A stretch of DNA of 64,000 bases. It comes from Octopus vulgaris (Eukaryota). The position numbers and the translations under genes are program-made. Location: the NCBI GenBank assembly GCA_951406725.2, contig OX597814.1, positions 204,724,001-204,788,000 of the forward strand, given 5' to 3'. Below, piece after piece: positions 38,120 through 53,218 of the stretch. Positions within the stretch are counted from its first letter, which is position 1; each line of letters begins with the position of its first letter. Below the pieces are notes generated by a model. The model was not told where the DNA came from. It did no database searches and saw nothing but the letters and a program-made list of their open reading frames with translations.

Positions 38120-38508
38120 GTGTATATGTTTCTGTGTCTGTGTTTGTCCCCCCAACATCGCCGGTGTGTTTACATCCCTGTAACTTAGTGGTTTGGCAAA
38201 AGAGACTGATAGAATAAGTACTAGGTTTACAAAGAATAAGTCCTGGGGTTGATTTGCTCGACTAAAGGTGGTGCTCCAGCATGGCCGCAGTCAAATGACT
38301 GAAATAAGTAAAAGAGTAAAAGAGTGTATGTTTGTAGGGTTTTTCTAAAGTTCAAACAAAATAATCAATCTGAAAAAAAAAAACCAAAAAAACATAGAAT
38401 AAATTCCCGTACATTAAAAAACATACACAACAAATTTGAGAACAAAATTATAGTTAATAAATAAATTAAAAGAAATTTAAAATAGTGACTGACTTTTCAA
38501 TCACCCCG

Positions 38509-38567
<59 letters not shown>

Positions 38568-38574
38568 TCTTTTA

Positions 38575-38891
38575 TTCTTTTATTCTCTTATTTGTTTCAG
38601 TCATTTGAACAAATCAACCCCAGGACTTATTCTTTGTAAGCCTAGTACTTATTCTATTGGTCACTTTTGATGAACTGCTAAGTTAGGGGGGACATAAACA
38701 CACCAACATCAGTTGTCAAGTGATGGTGGGGGGACAAACACAGATACACAAACATATACATATATATATGTGATGGGCTTCTTTCAGTTTCCGTCTACCA
38801 AATCCAATCCCAAGGCTTTGGTCGGCCTGAGGCTATAGTAGAAAACACTTGCCCAAGGTGCCACACAGTGGGACTGAACCTGGAACCATGT

Positions 38892-38895
<4 letters not shown>
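38575..38895 (-). mobile_element. tRNA-SINE family A (internally deleted, 5' truncated)
   Basis: Reverse complement of family A; faces a + strand tail at 38130-38325. Confidence 0.85.
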
Positions 38896-38931
<36 letters not shown>

Positions 38932-38944
38932 ACTAATACTACTG

Positions 38945-39260
38945 GTACTCCATTGCTATGATGAAGGTTCCAGTTGATTGGTCAATGGAACAACCTGCTT
39001 GTGAAATTAATGTACAAGTGGCTGAGTACTCCACAGGCACGTGTTATCTTAACATAGTTCTCAGGGAGATTCAGCATGGCATTGGATGTGACAAGGCTGG
39101 ATCTTTGGAATACAGGTACAGTGTATTTTTGCCAGCTGAGTGGACTGGAGCAACGTGAAATAAAGTGTCTTGCTCAAGGACACAATGCGTCACTGAGAAT
39201 TGAACTCACGACTTGGCAATCATGAACCAAATGCTCTAACCACTAAACAACATGCCTTTA
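38945..39260 (-). mobile_element. Meta-like tRNA SINE (different tail from 30462-30800)
   Basis: ggagcaacgtgaaataaagtgtcttgctcaaggacacaa...aatgctctaaccact shared with 30680-30790. Confidence 0.8.
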
Positions 39261-39294
<34 letters not shown>

Positions 39295-39309
39295 CTATAT
39301 CAATATATA

Positions 39310-40141
39310 AAGGGTGGCCCAAAAGTAGGTTTACAGTTATTACATAAGCACTTGGAATTTCTTTTAAAACATTTTATTACATTTAAATTTCTATCTTGCA
39401 GTCATATTGTTTATACACATCTTAACCCTTTCGTTACTGTATTTATTTTGAGATGCTCTGTGTTTCTTTCAATTACTTTAAATATAACAAAGAATTTAGT
39501 AAAATAACTTAGTTATCATTCAGTTAGTGTTAGGAACATAAATTGTGACTAAGGTTTGGTGGAAGATTTTAATTCCAAACTTATGAAAACAAGAGATTTG
39601 TACTCAGAGCCAGAGCCGGTTTCAGCTGGGTTGGTAATGAAAGGGTTAAACAGACAATGTTTAATCTCTCAGAGGCTCAAAATGTCCTCCTTGCAACGTT
39701 GCAACATTCTTCAAACCTCTTCAGAACACTCTGACACACAGTGCGGCACAAATTCCGATCTCCATCAATTTCAGTGAATGCGTCAGAAATGTAGTCTTTT
39801 AATTCATTTACCGTTCTGGGATTCTTCTCATAAACCTTGTTCTTTACAACACACCCAAAAAAGAAACCCATTGGTGTCAGGTCAGGTGAACGTGGTGGCC
39901 ATTCGATGCTGCCCTGTCTTCCAATCCAATGCTGTGGAAAGGCTTGGTTACGGTAGTCTCTTACTGTCAACACATAATGAAAGCGTATGTTTTTAAAAAT
40001 GTATGAATGGCCATATATTCATGAAACTAAATTAGCATAGAATAATGGTTTCATACTTTTTATAATTAAGATCTAAATTGTTAATATATGAATGCAAAAG
40101 AGATAGATGAATAACTGTAAAACTTCATTTCGGCCACCCTG
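39310..40141 (-). mobile_element. Internally deleted Tc1/mariner-superfamily element with transposase C-terminus
   Basis: TIRs agggtggcccaaaagtaggtttacagtta / taactgtaaaacttcatttcggccaccctg; ORF 39677-39973 FPQHWIGRQGSIEWPPRSPDLTPMGFF..VKNKVY..P.T..ELK. Confidence 0.9.
39422..39649. mobile_element. piggyBac-like MITE nested in the Tc1-like element
   Basis: TTAA-ccctttcgttac...gtaatgaaaggg-TTAA, ~220 bp. Confidence 0.9.
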
Positions 40142-40302
40142 AGTCTATAGATAAAAAATCTACAGATGAGGAAGGACATTCTACTACCATATTCTTAATG
40201 ATGAAATTAACCTCTCTGTCTATACATCTACCCTCTTTGTAATGTTGGTAAATGAAATAAGTATTAAAATGTACATTGTCCATTTAATTAAAAAATTCTA
40301 TA

Positions 40303-40390
40303 TGTGGCTGAAGATTGCTCGACATTTTAAAACTGATGTAATACTTACAGTGTTTAATAAAATGAAGTAGCATGAAATGATTGTACTACA
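40303..40390 (+). ncRNA. Degenerate hammerhead motif with long stem II loop (Penelope-type terminal repeat)
   Basis: UGUGG-CUGAAGA-UUGCU...AGCAU-GAAA-UGAUUG-UA-CUACA; stem I UGUGG/CUACA; stem III consistent with CpG-decayed CGAUCG. Confidence 0.6.
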
Positions 40391-40520
40391 CTACCTTGGA
40401 TATCCTTGTTGCTTATTTTGATTATAATCACCCTATTTGATTTATATGGATAATACCATACAAAATTCTGGTGCCTTTAACTTAAGTACCATATTCATCT
40501 GAATCTAAATTTTTGCTGAA

Positions 40521-40554
<34 letters not shown>

Positions 40555-40700
40555 TGCATGTATGTATATATGTGTGTATATATGCATACATGTAAGTATG
40601 TGTATGTATGTATGTATGTATGTATGTATGTATGTATGTATGTATGTATGTATGTATGTATGTATGTATGTATGTATGTATGTATGCATGTATGTATGCA

Positions 40701-41523
40701 CTAGCAGTATTTCCCAGCTCGTGCGCTCGTGCGTTCTATGCACACATGAATTAAGCTAAACTTGGATGAAATTCAATCAAAATTCAATTATTTTGGTTTT
40801 AAAATCAAGCATTTAATGCCCTCTATTTTTGCGCTTATGTGTTCTGTTTCCTCAATAGGAAGTATGTAGAAGCGTTTCATAAATTTTTGTTGATCAAACA
40901 ATTGCATTGTTGAATTATTCTTTTAGATCAGTATTTCTCAACGGGGATTTCAGGTGAGAGTTTCAGGGAGTCGCTGGCGATGTATTGTGATGATAAAAAA
41001 TCTGGCCTGCTAAAATTTGGTTAAAGTGATTCAGACTGCAGACTCAACGCAAAATGGTCACATTTAATTCAAAGCGTTAAAAATGTTATGAAAACAATTG
41101 GTATGTGTTCACAAAGTCCAAATGATTAATACGAAAAACCCTCCAGGCTACATCCCGAAAATTCATTTCTTTGCCGAATTTCTACAATGTTTGCGGCGAT
41201 TCGTTTTTATATCTTGATTTTTTATTTTTCATGCAATTTACGCATGCTTGCACACGTGGTGAACACAGTTCACGTCAAACAGCTGACTGAGTAAAGTTCA
41301 TTATTCAATGCATGGGATAAGGCCTAAACAAACACATTATCGATTTTTGCACTTGCGAGATGAATTTCGGAACAGAAATAGCGCAGTTCAATTTTCATTC
41401 GCCTAAACTTTAAGTGACCCATTTTTGGTGGTTCTACGATTTGTTGGCAAGGAGGAGATGTGCCGGGAAGTTAAACACACAGATTCACACACAGACACAC
41501 AAGTTGAGTTTTATATATATAGA
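40701..41523 (-). mobile_element. Non-autonomous Helitron
   Basis: On +: a|ctagcagtatttccc... to ...acagacacacaagttgagttttatatatataga|t, i.e. TC...CTAG on the minus strand at an A|T target. Confidence 0.75.
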
Positions 41524-41946
41524 TGTATGTTTGCATGTATGTATGTATATATGCATGCATGTACGTATGTATATGTATGTGCATGCATGCATCTATGTGT
41601 GCATGCATGTATGTATGCATATATATATATATATGCTTGCATGTACATATGTTTATATATGTGCATGCATGTACATATGTATGTATGCTTGTGCGTACGT
41701 ACATCTTTGTATGCTTATGTAGTGTATGTCTGTCCGAATCTATTCCTGTTTGTCTGTATGTAGTATGTATGTATGTATACATGTATATATGCATGTATAT
41801 ATATATATATATATACGTATGCATGCATATATGTAATGTCATGTATGTATGTGTGCAATTCCACCTCTTTCTGTCTCTGTAAGTGGGAGAGATGTGCAAG
41901 AATGTGCTGCACATGTTCATTAGTCGTGTATCCTATTTGTGTCTCA

Positions 41947-41995
<49 letters not shown>

Positions 41996-43020
41996 ATGTA
42001 CATATATGTGTTCATGTGTGGGCAGGTGTTTTCGCATAATTACGTGAACATGTGCATCAGTTTTGTTATGTTTGCACATATGTGTCAAACAAAGGAAATG
42101 CACACACACACACACACACACTCACAGGCAGAGAGAGAGAGAGAGAGAGAAAGGGAGAGAGGGAGAGAGAAAGAAAAGGTGAGAAAGAGAAGGGTAGAGA
42201 TAGAGAGACTGATAATGCCAGAACACTATCTTCTCCCCCAGCTAAACACAGTCTAAATAAATAACGAAATAAAACAAGAGGTTCCTTCTCATAGAAAATA
42301 GCTCGTTAGTAGGGAAGGTAGACATGTGATCTGCTGCTACCTGCCAGTTTATCTAAATATTTCTCTTGTGTCTTGAAGACTGCAGCTTTGCAGTTCATCT
42401 GCGACAAAATTCATATCCAATTACCTTTACTGCAATATATGGCCACCCGGATATCTGATATGGGTTTAGCTTTTTTCTTGAGAGAGAGAAGTCTTAAGAC
42501 ATTGCTTCACAACCAGATTTGCTGACTCAGAGATAATTTGAAAGTTTGATACAAACACGTTTGTGATAACTTTGCATTCTCCATGGAAAATACTTGCATT
42601 CATTTTTCTGTTGAAAAGTTCTTAAAAAAAAATGTCTCACCTTGTGAAATAACTGTGACTGCATGCTGCTTGGTCACGGTCTAACGATTAAAGCATGTAA
42701 AAGAATAAATGGGATATTTGTGTACAGGAAGTATGTCATAAGTGTCTGGGTGCTCACGTGGCTTTTAGAAGGAGAAAAAATTTCTTAAGACAGTTAAATT
42801 CTTAATCATTGTTGCGTGAAGAAAAAGCGCAATGAAAGGAATTTTTGTTAGGGACGGGGAAGAATCTACCATCACAGACAGTTAAAGAAAAGAGAAAGGG
42901 TTTATGACATTGATAAAGGATTTTTACTTAGTGACTGATTCTTCATAAATGTGAAGTGTGGTCTTGTTAGAGATGTCAAGATTGTTTTAAAAAACTTACC
43001 CGACAATATCATGTTATCAT

Positions 43021-43336
43021 TTAACCCTTTAGGGTTCAGATTTATTTTGTCAGGGGTAATACTGATTTATTCATCTTATTTTGAATTAATCATGCATTAT
43101 CTTGTAGCTTTGAGATTTCAACAGTGTACTCTTTTACACGTTTCAGTCATTTGACTGCAGCCATGCTGGAGCACTGCCTTTAGTCGAAGAAATCAACGCC
43201 GTGACTTATTCATTGTAAGCCTAGTGCCTACTCTATCAATCATTTTTGCTGAACTGCTAAGTTTCGGGGACGTAAACACACCAACATCAGTTGTGTGGGG
43301 ACAATCACAGATAAAAAGACATACACACACATAAAT

Positions 43337-43432
<96 letters not shown>

Positions 43433-43710
43433 GATGGGCATTTTGAGTTTTTGTCTACTAAATCCATTCACAAGGCTTTGGTTGGCCCAAGGCTATAGTA
43501 GAAGATACTTCCCCAAAGTGCCATGCAGTGGGACTGAACCCGAAACCATTTGGTTGGTAAGCAAGCTAATTACTAACAGCCACTCTTGTGTTTGTATACT
43601 TTTAGAACGACATTGTAGGGTAGGTGTGAGAGGTTGGATCTGGTCAGTTTTAACATAAAACGGAAAATATTTAGGCTAGATATGGCTGGATTAAATGCTA
43701 AAGAGTTAGT
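43021..43710. mobile_element. TTAA-type MITE split by a minus-strand family A SINE (43128-43585)
   Basis: ttaaccctttagggttcag... and ...ttaaatgctaaaagagttag; related inverted copy at ~13645-13820. Confidence 0.65.
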
Positions 43711-44009
43711 GACATATAAACTGAGAGATTTGAAGGACGATAAGATTTTTCTCTCTTTATTTCTTATCGCTAAGACAGTGATTAAACAGAATCATTAGAA
43801 CTTTGGACAAAATCCTTAACAGCATTTCTTCTGACTCTTTACAGGCTGAGTCTAAATTTTGCTGAGGTCAACTCTACCCTTCATCCTTTCAATGCTGAAT
43901 AAATAAAGTATCACTCAATACCAGGGTCAATATTATCAAATTGCTCTCTTCCCTCAAAATATCTGGTCTTGTGCTGAAATTAGAAATTAGAAATTATCAT
44001 ATACATAAG

Positions 44010-44320
44010 TGGAGGCGCAATGGCCCAGTGGTTAGCGCAGAGGACTCGTGGTCAGAAGATCACGGTTTCGATTCCCAGACCGAGTATTGTGTGTGTTTAT
44101 TGAGCGAAAACACCTAAAGCTCCACAAGGCTCCAGCAGGGGGTGGTGGTGACCCCTGTTGTACTCTTTTGCCCCAACTTTCTCTCACTCTTTCTTCCTGT
44201 TTCTTTAGTAACGCTGCGATGGACTGGTGTCCCATCCAGCTGGGGGGAACACATATGCCATAGAAACCAGGAAACAGAGCCCATGAGCCTGGCTAGGCTT
44301 GAAAAGGGTATGAAAGAAGA
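44010..44320 (+). mobile_element. tRNA-derived SINE, family C
   Basis: ggaggcgcaaTGGCCCAGTGGttagcgcag...GTTTCGATTCCcagacc...gagcgaaaacacctaaagctccac. Confidence 0.88.
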
Positions 44321-44496
44321 AAGAATCATATACATAATTGATTTTCAAACAGAACAATCCATGCGCCCTGAGCCAGAAGATTGCTTGGAGACACAAGACA
44401 TGTTATATGAATCTGCCTAACCGTAGGGTCTCTGTGGCAAGAAATTATTAGTAGCTCTTATTTTATATACAGTGCACATTAAATGATATGTATATG

Positions 44497-44779
44497 CCTT
44501 TTACTTGTTTCAGTCATTAGACTATGGCCATGCTGGGGCACTGCCTTGAAGGAATTTTAGTCCAATGAATTGGTCCCTAGTATATATTTTTTAAAGCCTG
44601 GTACATATTCTATCAGTCTCTTTTGCTGAACTGCTAAGTTGCAGGGACATGAACACACCAACCACAGTTGTCAAGTGGGTGGGGGACAAACGCAGACACA
44701 ATGACACACACATGTGTGGGTGCACACACACACACACAGGTGTGTGTATATGTATATGTGTGTGTATATATATATGTGT

Positions 44780-44825
<46 letters not shown>

Positions 44826-44925
44826 ATATACACACACAATGGGCTCCTTTGGTCTGCTGAGGCTATAATAGGGACTGAACCTGGAAGCCTGTAGTTGGGA
44901 AGTAAGCTTCTTACCACACAGCCAT
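44497..44925 (-). mobile_element. tRNA-SINE family A (diverged)
   Basis: ttttacttgtttcagtcatt...ttaccacacagcca. Confidence 0.82.
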
Positions 44926-45099
44926 TAAAGAAAGAGTTCTTCCAAGACTTCATTCCTCTCCCTCAGTCCCACAAAATAAAATAGAACATCTTCAAATTTG
45001 GTATTAAATATTGATGTCTTCTACCTTACTCAATAATAACATGTCAGAAAACATTACAAAATAAATAATTATTTTATTAATTATGTTCTGGATTGTTGT

Positions 45100-46054
45100 T
45101 TAATCCTTTCGTTACTGTATTTATTTTGAGATGTTCTGTGTTTCTTTCAATTAATTTTAAATATAACAAAGAATTTAGTAAAATAACTTAGTTATCATTC
45201 AGCTAGTGTTAAGAACATAAATTGTGACCAAGGTTTGGTGGAAGATTTTAATTCAAATCTTATGAAAACCAGACATTTGTACTCAGAACCACAACCAGTT
45301 TCAGCCAGGTTGGTAACGAAAGGGCTTAATTAATCATTTGTTAACCCTTTCGTAATTATATTAATTTTGAGATGCTTTGTGTTTCTTTCAATTAATTTTA
45401 AATATAACAAAGAATTTAGTAAAATAACTTAGTTATCATTCAGCTAGTGTTAGGAACATAAATTGTGACTAAGGTTTGGTGGAAGATTTTAATTCAGAAC
45501 TTATGGAAACAAGACATTTGTACTACAGAGCCAGAGGTAGTTTCAGCCGGGTTGGTATAAAAAGGGTTAAGTTAATCATTTATTAACCCTTTTGTTACCA
45601 TATTTCTGTTGAGATACTCTTGTGTTTCTTTCAATTAATTTTAAATATAACAAAGGATTTAGTAAAATAACTTAGTTATTGTTAAGCTAGTGTTAGGAAC
45701 ATAAATTTTGACTATGGTTTGGTGGAAGATTTTAATTCAAAACTTATGAAGACAAGACATTTGTACTACAGAGTCAGGGGTGGTTTCAGCTGGGTTGGCA
45801 TTGAAAGGGTTAAATTAATCATTCGTTAACCCTTTTGTCACCTTGTTTCTGTTGAGATGTTCTGTGTTTCTTTCAATTAATCTAAAATATAACAAAGAAT
45901 TTAGTAAAATAACTTAGTTATCATTCAGCTAGTGTTAAGAACATAAATTGTGACTAAGGTTTGGTGGAAGATTTTAATTCAAAACTTATGAAGACAAGAC
46001 ATTTGTACTCAGAACCACAACCAGTTTCAGCTAGGTTGGTAACGAAAGGGTTAA
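45100..46054. mobile_element. Head-to-tail tetramer of piggyBac-like MITEs
   Basis: Four ~229-bp TTAA-ccctt...aaggg-TTAA units (45100, 45341, 45583, 45826) separated by an 11-12-bp ttaatcatt spacer. Confidence 0.92.
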
Positions 46055-46454
46055 ACAAAATTTCTTGAGGTAACAGTATTTGTGAGAACAACAGGATAGA
46101 GACAAGTCATAAACTGTTTGACATGTCTTGTCTTTAGATGAGGCTTCATTTTGTTTCAATAACTTCAAATAGAGAACTTGAAGCAGTCATTCAGTTAGTG
46201 ATGTAACTTGAGGTTGACAAAAGGCAATGACCTGTTCTCTGTGTAAATGTGTTGATGGAAAACACCTCAAACGCACAAAACTGTTCTCTTCTTACTTTAC
46301 AATCACAGCTGACACATCATGCCTTAATTTAATCACAGGTAAACTGGTTTATATTGCAAACGTTCTTATTTAAATGCTGAGTAAATAACTTCCAGCCTTC
46401 AGTCTCAACTTAGAACTAATAATAGTGTTGTTCTTCGCTTACTTTTTAAGTAAG

Positions 46455-46546
46455 GTACTTATTCTATTGGTTTCTTTTGTTGAACCGCTAAGTTATGGGG
46501 ATGTAAACACACCAGCACCGGTTGTCAGGTGGCTATGAGGGACAAC

Positions 46547-46579
<33 letters not shown>

Positions 46580-46582
46580 ACA

Positions 46583-46639
<57 letters not shown>

Positions 46640-46640
46640 A

Positions 46641-46687
<47 letters not shown>

Positions 46688-46820
46688 ATTTGCCAAATCC
46701 ATCCACAAAGCTTTGGTCAGTCTGAGGCTATAGCAGAAAACACGTCTTTAAGATGCCATGCAGTAGGACTGAACTTGGAACCATGTGGTTTGGAAGCAAG
46801 CTTCTTACCACACAGCCACC
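46455..46820 (-). mobile_element. tRNA-SINE family A with (CA)n expansion
   Basis: gtacttattctattgg...(ca)n...ttaccacacagccac. Confidence 0.82.
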
Positions 46821-47095
46821 TTATAGGATTAATAATTAATTTAACTAAAAAAACAAAAACTTCTGTTGCATTATTGGGAGGGCCATTACACCTATAATAG
46901 TCACACACACTGGCTCAGCTTCACTTCTTTATAATTTGTTAATTGGTAGACTATTTAACCAATTAACTAATTGATTGTTTGATTAATCATTTGGTTACTC
47001 AATCAATCAGATACGTTTATCAAAGTCCTTTTGTCATCATTCATAACCTCTTCAATGACACACTCTCAAATCCAGGTCAGTTTCAGGCCCTCCTG

Positions 47096-48550
<1,455 letters not shown>

Positions 48551-49091
48551 AAGAAAGGTGAAAAAAAAAATGTCTCTTTTGACATATGAGTTTACATTAT
48601 GAATCTTGCAAGACCAAATGCAAAAACCAAACTGATCAAAGCTCATTCTTGGAAAAAGAATGGAAATTATTCTTGAAATTCTTGATTTAAATTTGAATTT
48701 GCAAACTCATATTTTTACATTAGAGTGGCCAGCTTTCCTTTTCTCCACACACAAGCACACACACATTACACACACAAACACACACATTAACACACACACA
48801 CACACACACTCACTCACTCACTCACTCACCCAGACACGCAGCAGACTTTATGCCAACTAGAGCATTAACAGTTCTACCAAAGCAATGAAGTAGAAATTCT
48901 TTTAACACACTTGTAGAATATCTGGAAGGTTACCATAAATTCTGAAGGTGAGCTGACCACGAATCACCTGTTGCTGCTGCCGCTGCCACTGCTGCTGCCT
49001 CTGCTGCTGCCATTACCACTGCTGCTGCTGAAATTGCTGCTGCTACAGCTTCTACCGCCACCATTGCTGCTGGAGAAATGGTACAATGAAC

Positions 49092-49140
<49 letters not shown>

Positions 49141-49167
49141 TGTATGTATATATAAATATATATATAT

Positions 49168-49875
49168 ACTCCTTTACTCTTTTACTTGTTTCAGTCATTT
49201 GACTGTGGCCATGCTGGAGCACTGCCTTTAATCGAGCAACTCGACCCTGGGACTTATTCTTTGTAAGCCCAGTACTTATTCTATCGGTCTCTTTTTGCCA
49301 AACCGCTAACTGACGGGGACATAAACACACCAGCATCGGTTGTCAAGCAATGCTAGGGGGACAAACACAGACACACAAACATACACACACATACATATAT
49401 ATATACATATATCCGACAGGCTTCTTTCAGTTTCCGTCTACCAAATCCACTCACAAGGCATTGGTCGGCCCGAGGCTATAGCAGAAGACAAACAGATTAA
49501 GTCGATTATATTGACCCCAGTGCATAACTGGTACTTATTTAATCAACCCCAAAAGGATGAAAAGCAAAGTTGACCTCGGTGGAATTTGAACTCAGAACAT
49601 AAAGACAGATGAAATACCGCTAAGCATTTTGCCCTGCATGCTAATGTTTCTCCCAGGTCGCCACCACAAACATCCTATACTACTCTAGGCACAAGGCCCA
49701 AAATTTTTGGGGAGGGGGCCAGTCAATTAGATCGACCCTAGTATGTAACTGGGTACTTAATTTATCGACCCCCAAAAGGATGAAAGGCAAAGTCGACTCC
49801 ACGGAACTTGAACTCAGAACATAATGGCAGATGAAGTAACGCTAAGCATTTCACCCTGCATGCTAACGTTTCTGT
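49168..49875 (-). mobile_element. Cluster: family A SINE plus two Nin/Deu SINEs, all minus strand
   Basis: Family A 49168-49490; Nin SINEs ~49490-49665 and ~49680-49875. Confidence 0.85.
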
Positions 49876-50254
49876 CAAATGTTTGAAGATGGGAAAATTA
49901 GAGATGATTTTATAAATTAAAGAATTTACTTTAAATTAAATTAGCTTATCTAGTGAATTGGTTAGAAAATATAGATTAATGAAGTAGAACTAAAATGAAA
50001 TAAAACATTAAGGATTAATATAAACCTATAAGGATGAATAAGATTTGTTTAAGATTTGTTTTTCCAAGCTTGAAAAGAATTAGACACAGAGTTATTGGAG
50101 AAGGGGTGCAGGAGTTTGTGGATGGATGCTCCTCCTGTCACTAACTCTTACCTGTTTTCCAAGTAGGGATTTCTTTATTCCATAGCTTTTGAAAGTGTGG
50201 AATGACCCAGTCATAATGTTGAAAAGGAATTCTTAAACATCAACATGCATGCAT

Positions 50255-50333
<79 letters not shown>

Positions 50334-50709
50334 TTGATGCTTCACATCATCAGACATCCCCTGCTCTCCCACTCACTCCTGGTACCCCTGCCCCACTCAT
50401 TCCTATCCACTTTGTGCCATAAAGGTCCACACTGGTACCTCATCCCCACGTTTTTGTCATTTTCCATCACCAACCTCCCTAAAATGTGAGTCGTCATGAC
50501 TACAGCAAGAAACTCTTCTCTGGCCCTTCCTCTCACACCTTAACCCTCTCCACTCCTTATTCTCCCCTCTCAGGGTTTATAGTCTTGGGCAGCATGGTGG
50601 CCTCATTTGTGCTAGTAGCATGAGAAAAAGGATACTGGAGAGCAAAAAGATTAAAGTCGTAGTTAAGAAAAGATTAACTGACATGGATGACTGGAAACTA
50701 TGGGATTAT

Positions 50710-50872
50710 TGGCTGTGTGGTAAGTAGCTTGCTTACGAACCACATGGTTCCGGGTTCAGTCCCAATGCATGGTACCTTGGGCAAGTGTCTTCTACTATAG
50801 CCTCGGGCCGACCAAAGCCTTGTGAGTGGATTTGGTAGACAGAAACTGAAAGAAGCCTGTTGTATATATATG

Positions 50873-50945
<73 letters not shown>

Positions 50946-51148
50946 TTGTGTTTGTCCCCCCAACATCGCTTGACAACTGATGCTGGTGTGTTTATGTTCC
51001 CGTAACTTAGCGGTTCAGCAAAAGAGACCGCTAGAATAAGTACTAGGCTTATACAGAATAAGTCCTGGGGTCGATTTGCTCGACTAAAGGTGGTGCTCCA
51101 GCATGGCCACAGTCAAATGACTGAAACAAGTAAAAGAGAGTAAAAGAG
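50710..51148 (+). mobile_element. tRNA-SINE family A, near full length
   Basis: tggctgtgtggtaagtagc...gaaacaagtaaaagagagtaaaagag. Confidence 0.9.
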
Positions 51149-51339
51149 TTGCATATATCATGATGATTTGCACAATGTGTGAAAATGCCGACACCATGAC
51201 TACTGCTTGAGACTTTGTAAACATTGTAAAGGCTATAAGATGTGACATGGACTGCTGCGATAGAGACTTTGAAGTTGTGGCCAGCAGAAAGGGATACAGC
51301 AGGCTTTCTGATTGTGTCTGCATGCTGGAATTCACCTCT

Positions 51340-51816
51340 ACATCTTTGGCTCAATCCAGATGACTATGTGGAACTGTTGGGACTGTGGTCAATCCCTGGC
51401 AGGAGAGGGTTGCTGCTGGAAGGCCATATGTATGGCAGCAAGATTCAACTCCTTACCATACCTCCAGAAAGAGTTAGAAGTGGTTGTCAGAGAATCTTTA
51501 TGGCTTCATTAGCCCCATTTTCTGGGATCCTAATTCCCTTCATTGTAATCCAATGGATTACTATTTGTGGGGTACACCTGAGAAAGACACCAACCACTCT
51601 GCATGCAACACCAAGGTTGAACTAGTGGCCAAGATCAAGGAGGTGTTTGAAGATCTTCCCAGGGACACAGTGAGAGTGGCTACTTTGAGTAAACTTATCT
51701 CCCAGCCATAATCTAGTTGATACTTTTTGATTTAAAAAAAATACGTTTATTTTTGGATGGTATATTGTGTTTTCTTTTCCTCCTTTTATGCAAACTGTCA
51801 AATTTAGCCCAAACAC

Positions 51817-51820
<4 letters not shown>
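51340..51820 (+). mobile_element. Tc1/mariner-superfamily transposase C-terminal remnant with right TIR
   Basis: FISPIFWDPNSLHCNPMDYYLWG..EKDTN....NTK.EL...IKEVF (from WPPNSPDCNPLDYYVWG); ends ctgtcaaatttagcccaaacacta(ta)n. Confidence 0.8.
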
Positions 51821-51887
<67 letters not shown>

Positions 51888-51942
51888 ATTTATATATACA
51901 CACACACACATACATACATACATACATACATACATACATACA

Positions 51943-51973
<31 letters not shown>

Positions 51974-52864
51974 CTATATATATATATATATATATATAGG
52001 GTGTTCATGTATGTGTGTGTGTGTGTATTGTTGGTATCATAAAAATTTATAAGCATTTGAGTGAACATGAGATAATTGTAAAACACCAACACACCAGTTG
52101 TTAAGCAGTGATCACACACACACAAACACGATGGGCTTCTTTCAGTTTCTTTTCACCAAATCTGCTCACAAGGCTTTAGTTGACCTGAGGCTATAGCAGA
52201 AGACACTTGCCCAAAGTGCCACGCTGTGAGAGTGAACCTGGAACCATGTGGTTGGGAGGCAACCTTCTTGCCACACAGCTATGCTGGAGTACAGAGGAAA
52301 TAGTAATGGGATTGACGAATTTCAAGATAATAGGATGGGCTAAAAAGGAACTAAAAAAGAGCTGAAAATGTAAAATAGTTTTGGCTAAAAAGATAAAGCA
52401 AATTGGGTTAAAAATTAAAATAGGTTGGGCTACAAAGGGGAAGTCCATTGGACTAAACAGGGGCCTAGAAAAGAGTTAAGGATGTAAAGTAGGTGAGCTA
52501 AAAAGTTTAAGTATCTTAGGCTAAAAAAGGGGCTGAAAAGTTAAAATAGGTTGAGTTAAAAAAAAAAATTTGAATGATAAAAGTTTGAAGAGATGGAAGC
52601 TATGTAAATATAAAAGTTAGAAATTTTAGTCTAATGCAGGGTATGAGATAATTTGGTTTATTAAAAAGAGCCCCCAAAAATACTGGAGAAGAGGGGAAAA
52701 GTAAATACGGATTAAAGAATTTAAGTCAAATTAGAATATCTGAGATAATGATTAAAACATCTTTCGGCATACATAGCGGAAATTATTACAATTTTATTTT
52801 CAGATTTCTATCTCTATGCACAGAATTTTTATAATTTCATTCGTCCATCAATTTAGTCATTCAC

Positions 52865-52865
52865 A

Positions 52866-52904
<39 letters not shown>

Positions 52905-52959
52905 CCTTTCTATTATAGGCACAAGGCCTGAAATTTGGGGGAGGGGAATAGTTGATTAC

Positions 52960-53009
<50 letters not shown>

Positions 53010-53120
53010 CCTTTCTATTATAGGCACAAGGCCTGAAATTTGGGGGAGGGGTATAGTTGATTACATTATAATAATAATGATAATAATAATAATAATAATA
53101 ACAATAATATTAATAATAAT
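52865..53120 (-). repeat. Tandem duplication of a SINE 3' tail embedded in (AAT)n
   Basis: Two copies of (aat)n-cctttctattataggcacaaggcctgaaatttgggggagggg..tagttgattacat. Confidence 0.8.
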
Positions 53121-53181
53121 GACTGAGCTTTGTATATTTTACCCCAGTGTCACTTTGATGGCATGCACTGCTCTCTCACTC

Positions 53182-53218
<37 letters not shown>

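Noticed and set aside
44010-44085. tRNA gene candidates (also 14506-14582, 30730-30800, 55160-55232, 58989-59062)
   Set aside because: A/B boxes are present but there is no proper cloverleaf or acceptor stem, and each continues into a SINE body: SINE heads, not tRNA genes.
48969-49075. (CTG)n-rich stretch suggesting a poly-Q or poly-L exon
   Set aside because: No flanking coding sequence or compatible splice sites; degenerate microsatellite.
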